64,000 nt of DNA from Caulobacter sp. (GCA_030683005.1 JAUXMY010000018.1:5090-69089); one strand, 5' to 3'; shown: positions 48,450-57,494, numbered from the stretch's first letter. The notes: generated from the letters alone by a model not told the origin. A program made the numbers and translations.

Positions 48450-48725
48450 ATGGCCAACAAGGCTGGACTACCAATCGGCATGGGCCTGGGACTCGCCCTC
48501 GGCTCGGCGCTCGGCGTGGCCCTGGACAATCTGGCGCTGTGGCTCAGCCTAGGTGTCGCGATCGGGGCCGGACTGGGCGTGGCGATGAGCGCCGCGCCGG
48601 CGAAGAAGCGTGACGGCAGGAATGGCGGCGACGGCGGCAGCCATGTCGGCGGGTCGGACGGAAAGAGCGACAGGGACGCCGGAGGGGACAGCGACGGCGG
48701 CGGTGACGGAGGCGGCGGGGACTGA
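48450..48725 (+). CDS. small membrane protein with a glycine-zipper N-terminus and an acidic Gly/Asp-rich tail
   Basis: MANKAGLPIGMGLGLALGSALGVALDNLALWLSLGVAIGAGLGVAM, followed by GGDGGSHVGGSDGKSDRDAGGDSDGGGDGGGGD. Confidence 0.5.
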   Translation: MANKAGLPIGMGLGLALGSALGVALDNLALWLSLGVAIGAGLGVAMSAAPAKKRDGRNGGDGGSHVGGSDGKSDRDAGGDSDGGGDGGGGD

Positions 48726-48767
48726 CGGGCGCTAGGCGGGATTTGGCATTGGCGCTACACTGATCTC

Positions 48768-48972
48768 ATGAGCGACCTTCTGGACCGCATCACAATTGAG
48801 CCCGGCAAGATGCACGGTCGTCCCTGTATCCGGGGACTGCGTGTGCGCGTCCAAGACGTGCTGGAGATGCTGGCCGGCGGGATGTCGGCGGCCGAGATTC
48901 TGGAAGACTAATCCCTACCTTGAGGCTGATGACCTGCGGGCCGCGATCGCCTACGCGGCGGATGGCTTTTAG
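48768..48972 (+). pseudogene. DUF433-family gene interrupted by a 1-nt insertion
   Basis: MSDLLDRITIEPGKMHGRPCIRGLRVRVQDVLEMLAGGMSAAEILED runs into TAA at 48909. Removing one A restores EDYPYLEADDLRAAIAYAADGF-stop at 48970-48972. Confidence 0.75.
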
Positions 48973-49024
48973 CCACGGCGAAGCAGTCTAGAGTCGCGAG
49001 CGACGCCTTCCGCGAGTCGCGCCC

Positions 49025-50080
49025 ATGACCACAGCTCCCGAAATCACCATCGCCGGCCGCAGGATCGGGCCCGACCACCCGCCCTATGTGATCTGCGAGC
49101 TGTCGGGCAACCACAACGGCAGTCTCGACCGGGCGCTGACCATGATCGACGCCGCGGCCGACACCGGCTGCGACGCCATCAAGATCCAGACCTACACCGC
49201 CGACACCATCACCCTGGACGTCGACCGGCCCGAGTTCCGCATCCATGGCGGGCTGTGGGACGGCCGCAGCCTGCATGAGCTCTACCGCGAGGCTCAGACC
49301 CCCTACGACTGGCACGGGGCCCTGTTCGAGCGGGCGGCGAAGCGGGGCGTGACGCTGTTCTCCAGCCCGTTCGACGAGACGGCGGTGGACCTGCTCGCCG
49401 GGCTGGACGCGCCCGCCTACAAGATCGCCAGCTTCGAGGCCGTAGACCTGCCGCTGATTCGCTACGCGGCGGCGAAGGGCAGGCCGCTGATCATCTCCAC
49501 CGGGATGGCCAACCTGGCCGAGATCGCGGCGGCGCGGGACGCGGCGCTGGCCGGCGGGGCGGCCGGCGTGCTGCTGCTCCACTGCACCTCCAGCTATCCG
49601 GCCACCTTCGAGGACGCCAACGTCCGCACGGTCGCCGACATGGCGGGGCGCTTCGGCTGTCCCATCGGCCTGTCGGACCACACGCCGGGCACGGCGGCTT
49701 CCGTGGCGGCGGTGGCCATGGGCGCCTGCGCGATCGAGAAGCACTTCACCCTGGCCCGGTCCGACGGCGGGCCCGACGCCGACTTCAGCCTGGAGCCGGC
49801 CGAGTTCGCCGCCCTGGTGCGCGACTGCAAGGACGCCTGGGCCTCGCTGGGCAAGGTCAACTACGACCTGCTGGGCAGCGAGCGCGGCAACGTCCAGTTC
49901 CGCCGCTCGCTGTACGTCGTCGCCGACGTGAAGGCCGGCGAGGTGCTGACCCGGGCCAATGTACGGTCGGTGCGACCGGGCAACGGCCTGCCGCCGGCGG
50001 ACCTGGACAAGGTGCTGGGAAGGGTGGCGACGCGCGATCTGGCGTTCGGCGAACCGCTGGACTGGGGGATGGTGGGGTAG
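49025..50080 (+). CDS. pseI: NeuB/PseI-family nonulosonic acid synthase (probably pseudaminic acid synthase)
   Basis: 351 aa with PYVICELSGNHNGSLDRALTMIDAAADTGCDAIKIQTY and a C-terminal SAF domain (VADVKAGEVLTRANVRSVRPGNGL). The PseI assignment rests on the nearby pseG-like gene. Confidence 0.8.
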   Translation: MTTAPEITIAGRRIGPDHPPYVICELSGNHNGSLDRALTMIDAAADTGCDAIKIQTYTADTITLDVDRPEFRIHGGLWDGRSLHELYREAQTPYDWHGALFERAAKRGVTLFSSPFDETAVDLLAGLDAPAYKIASFEAVDLPLIRYAAAKGRPLIISTGMANLAEIAAARDAALAGGAAGVLLLHCTSSYPATFEDANVRTVADMAGRFGCPIGLSDHTPGTAASVAAVAMGACAIEKHFTLARSDGGPDADFSLEPAEFAALVRDCKDAWASLGKVNYDLLGSERGNVQFRRSLYVVADVKAGEVLTRANVRSVRPGNGLPPADLDKVLGRVATRDLAFGEPLDWGMVG

Positions 50081-50084
50081 GGCA

Positions 50085-50194
50085 TTGCGTCCTTCGACAC
50101 GCCGCTGCGCGGCTGCTCAGGATGACGTAGTCAGAAGCGCTTCAAGAAACACGTCATGCTGAGCAGCGCCGCAGGCGCGTGTCGAAGCACGCAA
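50085..50194. repeat. family B palindromic repeat, copy 4 (opposite orientation to copies 1 and 2)
   Basis: TTGCGTCCTTCGACACGCCGCTGCGCGGCTGCTCAGGATGACG ... CGTCATGCTGAGCAGCGCCGCAGGCGCGTGTCGAAGCACGCAA. Confidence 0.9.
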
Positions 50195-50204
50195 AGCGCC
50201 TCGG

Positions 50205-51068
50205 CTACTCCGGCAACAACCCCAGCCGCTTGCCGACGATCCTGTCCAGCGCCCGGGCCGACAGCACCCTCTCGGTCATGAACGTCTGGAACGGCGACGG
50301 CGAGACCGTGTAGCGGACCCTGGGTCGGCGGGTTGTGAGGGCGGTGTGGATCGCCTCGCCGATCCGTTCGGGCGGCAGGCCGTTGCGGCCCATTTCGAGC
50401 ATGTAGGCGGCGACCTTCGCCAGCGGTCCGGCGTAGCGGGTGTTGGCATAGGGTCCGTTGTCGATCTCGTCGGCCTTGTCCCAGATCGGCGTCGCCACCG
50501 CGCCGGGCGCCACCACGATGACGTCGACGCCGAACGGCAGCAACTCGCGGCGCAGCGACCCCGACAGGCCTTCCAGGCCGAACTTGCTGGTGTTGTAGGG
50601 CGCCAGGAACGGGTTGGCCGTCCGGCCGCCGACCGAGGAGATGTTGACGATGCGGCCGGGGTCCTTTCGGCCCTCGCCCTGCGCGCCCAGCAGCGGGGCG
50701 AAGGCCTGGGTGGCGATGACCACGCCGGTCAGGTTGACCTCCAGCTGCCGACGGAAGTCCTCGACCGGCAGATGCAGCAGGGGGCCGGCGACGGCGATGC
50801 CGGCGTTGTTGACCAAGCCCGCCAGGGTCGCGCCGCCCAGCGCCGCCTCGACCTCGCGCGCGCCGGCGCGCACCGCCGCCTCATCGGTGACGTCGAACAG
50901 CACCGGCGTGAAGGCGCCGCGGAACTCCGCCTTCAGGCGGTCGCCGTCCAGCGGCCTGCGGACGCTGCCGAAGACGTGGAATCCCTTGCCGGTCAGGACC
51001 TTGACCGTCCCCCAGCCGATGCCTGTAGACACGCCGGTGACAACGACGGACTTCCTCTGGCTGCTCAT
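50205..51068 (-). CDS. SDR-family oxidoreductase
   Basis: VVVTGVSTGIGWGT cofactor motif and YNTSKFGLEG catalytic motif. Confidence 0.85.
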   Translation of the reverse strand: MSSQRKSVVVTGVSTGIGWGTVKVLTGKGFHVFGSVRRPLDGDRLKAEFRGAFTPVLFDVTDEAAVRAGAREVEAALGGATLAGLVNNAGIAVAGPLLHLPVEDFRRQLEVNLTGVVIATQAFAPLLGAQGEGRKDPGRIVNISSVGGRTANPFLAPYNTSKFGLEGLSGSLRRELLPFGVDVIVVAPGAVATPIWDKADEIDNGPYANTRYAGPLAKVAAYMLEMGRNGLPPERIGEAIHTALTTRRPRVRYTVSPSPFQTFMTERVLSARALDRIVGKRLGLLPE

Positions 51069-51110
51069 GATCCCCCCTTTGACCTTATCGAAATGGGGTT
51101 TTTCGCAGCG

Positions 51111-52112
51111 TTATCCAGTGGTCGCGCCGGACCGTTGCCGGACCAGGGCCAGGAACGCCTCCGCCACGCGGTCGGCGCCCAGGCCGTCGCAGACCGCGGC
51201 GGCGGCGGTCGACAGGCGACGGCGCAACGCATCCTCGGCGACAAGCCGGGCGACGGCGGCGTCGAAGCCGGTCTCGAACTCGGCGGCGGCGTCCAGGGCG
51301 ATCACCGCCCCGGCCTCGGCCAGGGCCACGGCGGCCTCGGTCTGATTGTCGGCCAGCACCAGCAGCAGGGTCGGCAGGCCCAGCACGCAGCGCTCCCAGC
51401 TCGACGAGCCGCCGCCGCCGATGGCGATGTCGGCCTGCGCGGTCAGCCGGGCCATGTCGCGCGTGTCGACATGCAGGGTCACGGATGGATCGGCCTCGGC
51501 CAACGCTCTCAGGGCGTCCAGACCGGGCGCGCCGGAGCCGACCACCACGTCCAGCGCCGCCAGGCCGCCGAGGCGCTGGACGGCAGGCCGGGTAAAGCCG
51601 CCGACGTCGGTCAGGCCGAGCGAGATCAGGATGCGGCGCACCGGCCCCCCCGCGGCGCGGCGGGCCAGGGCTTGGGCGCGCAGGGCGACGAAGTCGGGCC
51701 GCATCGGCGCGTGGTTCGGCCCGAGCAGCAGCACGCAGCCCTCCGGGACCAGCCCCCGGTAGTCGCTGGTCCGGCGGCTCATGCCGGAATCCAGCACCAT
51801 GTCGGCGCCCAGCGGCCGGTCGGCGAGGTCGTCAATGACCAGCACCGGCCGCCCCTTCGCGACGGCGGCGTGGTCCGGCGCCGACAGGGCGTAGTGGTCG
51901 AAGACCAGGGCGTCGAAGCCGGCGTCGTCCTCGACCCGGAACAGGTCGGGCGCGAAGACGTCCAGCACCGCGTCGCCGTCGGGATGGCTGCGAAACGCGC
52001 ACTCTGCGTCGCGCGCCTCCAGCGCCCGCGCCAGGGTCAGCGAGCGCATGACATGGCCGCCGCCGATGGCCGGACCGGCGTCGGCGACGAAGAGGATGCG
52101 TTCGCCGGCCAT
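51111..52112 (-). CDS. pseG: PseG-like UDP-sugar hydrolase/glycosyltransferase (UDP-2,4-diacetamido-2,4,6-trideoxy-beta-L-altropyranose hydrolase family)
   Basis: The start is set at MAGERILFVADAGPAIGGGHVMRSLTLARAL, which is typical of the PseG N-terminus. The C-terminal half is GT28-like (GGGSSSWERCVLGLPTL). Confidence 0.7.
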   Translation of the reverse strand: MAGERILFVADAGPAIGGGHVMRSLTLARALEARDAECAFRSHPDGDAVLDVFAPDLFRVEDDAGFDALVFDHYALSAPDHAAVAKGRPVLVIDDLADRPLGADMVLDSGMSRRTSDYRGLVPEGCVLLLGPNHAPMRPDFVALRAQALARRAAGGPVRRILISLGLTDVGGFTRPAVQRLGGLAALDVVVGSGAPGLDALRALAEADPSVTLHVDTRDMARLTAQADIAIGGGGSSSWERCVLGLPTLLLVLADNQTEAAVALAEAGAVIALDAAAEFETGFDAAVARLVAEDALRRRLSTAAAAVCDGLGADRVAEAFLALVRQRSGATTG

Positions 52113-52138
52113 CACCTCGCCCCCCTCATCGGTCGCCG

Positions 52139-52642
52139 TCAGCCGCCGTTCGTCGGATTGAGCGGCCGGTAGCGGATGAAGCACAGCGGCGGCTGGTCGC
52201 CTATGGCGTTCAGCCCGGTCAGGCCCAGGAAGTTCCCGGACCCGTCGTCGGCCCAGTTCAGGATCCGGGTCTTGAGGACGCCGAGATCGCGGCTGGAGTC
52301 GGCCGGAGTCCCGCGCAGTCGGGTCATCGTCTCTTCAAGCGCCTCGCATTGCGACGGGTCCTTGAGAGTGAGGCGAACGACCTTGAGGGCCCTGCCATCA
52401 CGATCGAAGAAGAACTCGCCGTCGAAGTCGAAGCCCTCGAAGGTGATCGGGCCGACCGCCCGCAGATGCCAGCCGTGAACCCGCTGGCCGTCACGGCCTA
52501 CAACAGCCTGCAGGGCGCCGCCCGATCCGGCGATCACGGTCTCCGCCGGCATCGACCAGGTGGTCCACTGCCAGTCGGCCAGGGCGACGCCCGGAAGCGC
52601 GAGGCCGGCGATCAGGGCGACGAGTGTCAGGCGGCTGCGCAT
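52139..52642 (-). CDS. hypothetical secreted protein
   Basis: Signal peptide MRSRLTLVALIAGLALPGVALA. No family was recognised. Confidence 0.55.
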   Translation of the reverse strand: MRSRLTLVALIAGLALPGVALADWQWTTWSMPAETVIAGSGGALQAVVGRDGQRVHGWHLRAVGPITFEGFDFDGEFFFDRDGRALKVVRLTLKDPSQCEALEETMTRLRGTPADSSRDLGVLKTRILNWADDGSGNFLGLTGLNAIGDQPPLCFIRYRPLNPTNGG

Positions 52643-52662
52643 GGGATCTCCAGGCTCCTGGA

Positions 52663-53415
52663 TCAGTCAGGACCCATGAACCGGCCGACGGTGGCCGGCG
52701 GCTGGGCGAGGACGGACTCCAGCAGGAGGATGCTGGCCTGGCAACGGTCGGCCACGGTCAGGTCGCCGAAGTCGCCTGTTCCGGCGCCGTCGAGCCAGAC
52801 CTGCGACCCGCCCCGCCGCAGGAACTCCTTCAGGATCAGGTCCATCTCGGCGTCGGCCAGCTTCGCCCGGCGGACCTTGGCCCGCGCCCCGGCGTCGGCC
52901 GTCGCCAGCTGGACGGCGACGTAGTCGTTCATCGCCGGAATGATGCTGTCCTTCGCGGCGACCGCGGTGGCGGTGCTGATCTGGCCGTTCTCGCCGAACT
53001 CCTGGCAGGCGCGGGCGTTGGTCACGCTGAACGTCTTGAGGGTCGCGACCTGGGCGGCGACCAGCGCGCGGAGATCGGCGTCCGGTGCGCGCTGCACATC
53101 GGTCATCATGCGATCACCGAGAAGGCCGAAGAACTCGCCGGCTCGCGCCTGAGCGGTGGCGATATCGACGCGACCGGCCTTGAAGTCGGCGATGATCGAG
53201 GTCTCGAAAGCTCGATACTCGGTCGGGTAGCGCTTGATGATCGCCGAGACCATCGCCCCGCCGCTGGCGATCATGCCGGTGCGAAACGCCGTGCGTTCGC
53301 CCTCGGTGACGCCCAGCTCGCCGGCGGCGGGCGGGGTCGGCTGGAAGGCTGGCGCGGCCGTCGGCCCGGCCAGGACGCAGGCCGCGACGGCGGCGCTGAG
53401 GAACAGTTTACGCAT
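52663..53415 (-). CDS. hypothetical secreted protein
   Basis: Signal peptide MRKLFLSAAVAACVLAGPTAAPA. No family was recognised. Confidence 0.55.
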   Translation of the reverse strand: MRKLFLSAAVAACVLAGPTAAPAFQPTPPAAGELGVTEGERTAFRTGMIASGGAMVSAIIKRYPTEYRAFETSIIADFKAGRVDIATAQARAGEFFGLLGDRMMTDVQRAPDADLRALVAAQVATLKTFSVTNARACQEFGENGQISTATAVAAKDSIIPAMNDYVAVQLATADAGARAKVRRAKLADAEMDLILKEFLRRGGSQVWLDGAGTGDFGDLTVADRCQASILLLESVLAQPPATVGRFMGPD

Positions 53416-53472
53416 GGAACTCCCCGACTGAGGCGATGATCATACCCGCTGGCTGCGGGCTGGCTAGCAGGG

Positions 53473-54474
53473 TCAGCCGGCGGATGCCGCGGCCAGGGCC
53501 GCGTCCCGCCGGGCCAGCACCTCGCCCGCCGCGCGGTCGGTCTCGGTCAGCGGCTCGTAGGTCCAGCGCTCGAAGACGCCGGCGAACGGCCGGGTCGCGC
53601 CGTGGCGCTCGAGTTCCTCGTGGAACAGCCGGAACTTCAGGCTCTGGCCGTCCATCTTCAGGATGAAGACCGGCTTGCCCGTGCCGGCCGCCTCGGTGGC
53701 CATGTTGGCCGAGTCCTCGGTGACCAGCACGTAGTCCGCGCCGGCGAGGAAGGCGAAGTAGGGATTGTCGCCCTCGCCGTCCCAGATGAGGCCGGGCAGA
53801 TGCTTGAGCCGCGCGGTCAGCAGCGCCCTGGCCTGAGGCGGCGTTCGTCGCGAGAAGGTCATCAGCAGCGAGCCGCCTTCGGCCTCGATGGCCTGCTGGA
53901 TGTCATTGGCGATCGTCGCCGCCCGCTCGGGCGTCAGGTCGAAGGCCCTGGACTTGCCGCCGATCAGCACCGCCGCCCGCGGGCGGGGCAGGGGGTCGAT
54001 GGCCCCGGCGAAGCGCGGATACTCGCTCGCCAGCTTGTCGGCAGTCACCCGGTGCGGGGCGCCGATGATCGAAACGATGTTGTCGCCCTTCAGCCGGTCA
54101 TGGTTGGGCGGGATCACCAGGTCGAAGAACTTGGCCGGGACACGCGGATCCTGGATCTGGACCACGAAGGTCTTGCCGCCCGACCACGTCTTCATGCGGA
54201 TGGCCAGCGGCAGGGTGGCGCGGCCGGCGGCGATCAGGATGTCGGGCCAGGGCGGGGCCACGTCGCTTTCCGGCGTCAGCCAGCGGCGCGGGAACGGGGT
54301 CAGCCACCAGGGCAGGCGGCCGAGGTTGCCCTTCCAGCCGATGCGCTTGACGACGACCTGCGTGTCTCGCCGGCGCGCCACCGCCTCGGCCAGGCCGAGC
54401 GCCTGCGCCTCGATGCCCGCGCGGCCGTCGGACATCGCCCAGAGGGTCAGGGGAGGTTGTGTCGGCTTTTTCAA
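53473..54474 (-). CDS. ELM1/DUF1022-family protein (mitochondrial-fission ELM1-like, nucleotide-sugar-binding fold)
   Basis: LWAMSDGRAGIEAQALGLAEAV near the N-terminus, plus DYVLVTEDSANMATEAAGTGKPV. The TTG start is uncertain. Confidence 0.7.
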   Translation of the reverse strand: MKKPTQPPLTLWAMSDGRAGIEAQALGLAEAVARRRDTQVVVKRIGWKGNLGRLPWWLTPFPRRWLTPESDVAPPWPDILIAAGRATLPLAIRMKTWSGGKTFVVQIQDPRVPAKFFDLVIPPNHDRLKGDNIVSIIGAPHRVTADKLASEYPRFAGAIDPLPRPRAAVLIGGKSRAFDLTPERAATIANDIQQAIEAEGGSLLMTFSRRTPPQARALLTARLKHLPGLIWDGEGDNPYFAFLAGADYVLVTEDSANMATEAAGTGKPVFILKMDGQSLKFRLFHEELERHGATRPFAGVFERWTYEPLTETDRAAGEVLARRDAALAAASAG

Positions 54475-54576
54475 CTGTCATCCCGGCCGGAGCGCGTCAG
54501 CGCGGAGCGCCGGGACCCAGCATGCAACGCTTCTGGGTCCCGGATAAGCCGCGTTTGCGGCTTTCCGGGATGACAG
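54475..54576. repeat. ~105-bp palindromic repeat, family C, copy 1
   Basis: CTGTCATCCCGGCCGG...CCGGGACCCAG...CTGGGTCCCGG...TTTCCGGGATGACAG, between greA and the ELM1-family gene. Confidence 0.85.
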
Positions 54577-54600
54577 CCAACTGTGGCGATCAGGCGCCGA

Positions 54601-55074
54601 TCAGAGCCACTCGACCTTGAGGATCTCGTAGGCCTTCACGCCGCCGGGGGTGTTGACCTCGACCACGTCGCCGACTTCCTTGCCGATCATCGCGCGCGAC
54701 AGCGGCGAGGACAGCGAGATGCGCCCACCCTTCACGTCGGCTTCGTGCTCGCCGACGATCTGATAGCGGCCCTCGTCCTCGGTGTCCTCGTCGACCACGG
54801 TGACGGTGGCGCCGAATTTCACCTGCGCGCCGGAAAGCTTGGACACGTCGATGATCTGGGCGCGGGCGATCTTGTCCTCGATCTCCGCGATCCGGCCTTC
54901 GATCCAGCCCTGGCGCTCCTTGGCGGCATGATACTCGGCGTTTTCACTGAGATCGCCATGCGCGCGCGCTTCCGAGATCGCGGCGATGACACTCGGCCGC
55001 TCAATCGTTTTCAAACGCTTCAGTTCTTCGTCGAGGGAGGTGTAGCCCCCGGCGGTCATCGGCACTTTTTCCAT
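54601..55074 (-). CDS. greA: transcription elongation factor GreA
   Basis: 157 aa with [20 protein letters not shown] and the C-terminal [18 protein letters not shown]. Confidence 0.95.
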   Translation of the reverse strand: MEKVPMTAGGYTSLDEELKRLKTIERPSVIAAISEARAHGDLSENAEYHAAKERQGWIEGRIAEIEDKIARAQIIDVSKLSGAQVKFGATVTVVDEDTEDEGRYQIVGEHEADVKGGRISLSSPLSRAMIGKEVGDVVEVNTPGGVKAYEILKVEWL

Positions 55075-55244
55075 TCGGAGATTAGCTCGGGTTCGCCCTG
55101 GGGAGGTGGTTGATCCGGCCGCGGGCGCAGACGTCCGGGGGCGTCAAGACTAGACTTTGGCCCGCGAGATAGCAAGGGAGATGCTGCGATGCAGCGGGCG
55201 CGGCCCTTCGTCGGGCCTCTCGGGCTGCCGTTGCGGCAGGTCGA

Positions 55245-55820
55245 TCAGTCCCGCGCGACGAAGCTGGCGCGGGGCGCATCGGCGTCGAACGGCCAGGCGG
55301 CCGGCTCCAGCGAGGGCAGACGCTCGGGGGCCAGGGGGTCGCTGTCGACCGACCCGACCAGCAGCTGCATGCCCAGCTGGACCAGGAAGGCGATGACCAG
55401 CCAGCCGGCGGCGCTGATCGCCACGGGCAGGTAGCCCTCGCCCCAGGTGAAGCCCATTCCGGTCGCCGACAGCGCATAGTCCCGGCCAAGGCCCAGGGCC
55501 ACGAAGCCGACGAAGTACAGCGCCTCGCCCGCCCCGCCCCAGTTGCGGATCATCCGCCAGCCGACCAGGCCGAGGCCCCCGCCGAACCACAGGGCGGTGG
55601 AGGCGTAGGCCGCCACCGGCGCGTGGGTGTCCATCTTGCCATAGCTCCACCAGCCGAACTCGAACGCGGCCCGGTCGAGTCCGAAGGCGAAGGCGGCGGC
55701 GACCATGCCGCTCATCAGGGCGGCGGCGACGCGCCAGTAGCCGGCGCGGGTCAGCCAGGCGACCCCGAGGAAGAGCAGGCCCGAGAAAGCGGCGGCGATA
55801 CAGACGACCAAAGCGTCCAT
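55245..55820 (-). CDS. hypothetical integral membrane protein
   Basis: The start is set at MDALVVCIAAAFSGLLFLGVAW (GGAGG 7 nt upstream). It has about 6 hydrophobic segments. Confidence 0.55.
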   Translation of the reverse strand: MDALVVCIAAAFSGLLFLGVAWLTRAGYWRVAAALMSGMVAAAFAFGLDRAAFEFGWWSYGKMDTHAPVAAYASTALWFGGGLGLVGWRMIRNWGGAGEALYFVGFVALGLGRDYALSATGMGFTWGEGYLPVAISAAGWLVIAFLVQLGMQLLVGSVDSDPLAPERLPSLEPAAWPFDADAPRASFVARD

Positions 55821-55964
55821 GGCGGATCCTCCGACCCAGACGCTAGGCGCGCCCTGCACGCAGGGCATGCGGCTTCACCCCACGGATGATCGGCCACTCG
55901 CGGGTCAGGCGCAGACGGGGAAGGCGGCTTGCACGGCGCCGCGTAAGCCTGTCACCACTGGGCC

Positions 55965-56801
55965 ATGACCCTGGCCCAGACCGCAGGCCTGATGATGATC
56001 GCCTCGGGCGCCGCCCACGCGGTGGTCAACGCCATCCTCAAGGCGGGCCAGGACAAGATGTCCAGCCGGGCGCTGATCGACGGCTTCTCGGCGCTGATCG
56101 TGCTGCCGTTCGTGTTCTTCCTGCCGCTGCCGCACGGGGCCTGGGGCTGGCTGGCGGCCAGCTGGGCGACGCACCTGGTCTACCTTGTCTGCCTGATCAA
56201 GGCGTTCGAGCGGGCCGACATGACGGTGGCCTATCCGATCTCGCGCGGCATCGCCCCGGCCCTGGCGGCGGTGGTGGCGGTGCTGGTCTTCTCCGAGCCG
56301 GTCAGCTGGATCACGGCGGCCGGCATCGGCTGCGTGTCGCTGGGCGTGCTGGTGGTGGGCCTGGGCCGCCGGGTCGACCGGCGGGCGCTGGGCTGGGCGG
56401 TGGCCACGGGAGTCAGCATCGCCGGCTACACCGTCATCGACGCCCAGGGCGTGCGGGCGGCGCCGAGCGCCCTCAGCTACATCGCCTGGGTCTACCTGAC
56501 GCTGGGCGGCGGCATCGGCCTGCTGTTCGCCCTGTGGCGGGGGCCGAGGTTCCTGCTGGCCGCGCGGGGCGAGTGGAAGGCCGGTCTCATCGCCGGCGCC
56601 CTCTCCATCGTCACCTACGGCCTGGCGCTCTACGCCTACCGGCTGGGCGACACGCCCCGGCTGGCGGCGCTGCGCGAGACCTCGATCCTGTTCGCGGTGG
56701 GCATCGCGGTGATCTTCCTGCGCGAGCGGATGACCGGCGGCCGCATCGCCGGGACCGTGGCCATCGCCGGCGGCGCCGCCCTGCTGCTGATGGCGGGGTG
56801 A
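55965..56801 (+). CDS. EamA/DMT-family transporter
   Basis: 278 aa with about 10 hydrophobic segments and the internal duplication typical of EamA. It contains an AYPISRGIAPAL block. Confidence 0.75.
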   Translation: MTLAQTAGLMMIASGAAHAVVNAILKAGQDKMSSRALIDGFSALIVLPFVFFLPLPHGAWGWLAASWATHLVYLVCLIKAFERADMTVAYPISRGIAPALAAVVAVLVFSEPVSWITAAGIGCVSLGVLVVGLGRRVDRRALGWAVATGVSIAGYTVIDAQGVRAAPSALSYIAWVYLTLGGGIGLLFALWRGPRFLLAARGEWKAGLIAGALSIVTYGLALYAYRLGDTPRLAALRETSILFAVGIAVIFLRERMTGGRIAGTVAIAGGAALLLMAG

Positions 56802-56855
56802 CGAGCAGGTTCCGCAGGGGTATCAGGCGGCTTCCCCGCAAGACATCCGGCGACC

Positions 56856-57371
56856 ATGACCCTCTCGATCAGACCCTGCACGCCCGACGACGCCGTCCGC
56901 CTCTCCACCGTCGCCAGCGCGACTTTCCTGGAGACCTACGCCGGCATCGTCGACGGGGACGACATCATCCATCACTGCCAGACCACCCATGCGCCCGCGT
57001 CCTACGCCGCGCTGCTCGCCGATCCGTCGCGCAAGCTGTTCCTGGCAGAGATCGACGAGGGCCGGGCGCCGGTCGGCTTCCTGCTGCTCGGCCCCTGCGA
57101 CCTGCCGGTGGCCGAGCCGGGCGACCTGGAGTTGACGCGAATCTACGCCCTGCACCGCTTCCATGGCGGCGGGCTGGGGCAGATGATGATGGACACCGCC
57201 ATCGAGACCGCCCGGGCGGCCGGCGCGGGGCGTCTGCTGCTGGCCGCCTACCAGCGCAACGGCCGGGCGCTGGCCTTCTACGGCCGTAACGGCTTCAAGC
57301 AGGTCGGCACGCGCGTCTTCCACGTCGGCGACAACGGCTACGACGACTACGTCCTGGCAAAGGCGCTATAG
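56856..57371 (+). CDS. GNAT-family N-acetyltransferase
   Basis: RIYALHRFHGGGLGQMMMDTAIETARAAG and ALAFYGRNGF. Confidence 0.85.
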   Translation: MTLSIRPCTPDDAVRLSTVASATFLETYAGIVDGDDIIHHCQTTHAPASYAALLADPSRKLFLAEIDEGRAPVGFLLLGPCDLPVAEPGDLELTRIYALHRFHGGGLGQMMMDTAIETARAAGAGRLLLAAYQRNGRALAFYGRNGFKQVGTRVFHVGDNGYDDYVLAKAL

Positions 57372-57386
57372 GGGCGGCCCCTTTCG

Positions 57387-57494
57387 CTGTCATCCCGGCC
57401 GCACCCCGGCGAAGGCCGGGGGAAGAGCCGGGACCCAGCGAACGCGCACGCCATCGGCTGGGTCCCGGATCGCCTGCGGCGTCCGGGACGACAG
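57387..57494. repeat. family C palindromic repeat, copy 2
   Basis: CTGTCATCCCGGCCGC...CCGGGACCCAG...CTGGGTCCCGG...TCCGGGACGACAG. Confidence 0.85.

Noticed and set aside
48600-48725. Repetitive GGC/GAC/GGA DNA that could be mistaken for a tandem repeat or CRISPR-like array.
   Set aside because: It is in frame and encodes the Gly/Asp-rich tail of the small membrane protein. There are no regular repeat-spacer units.
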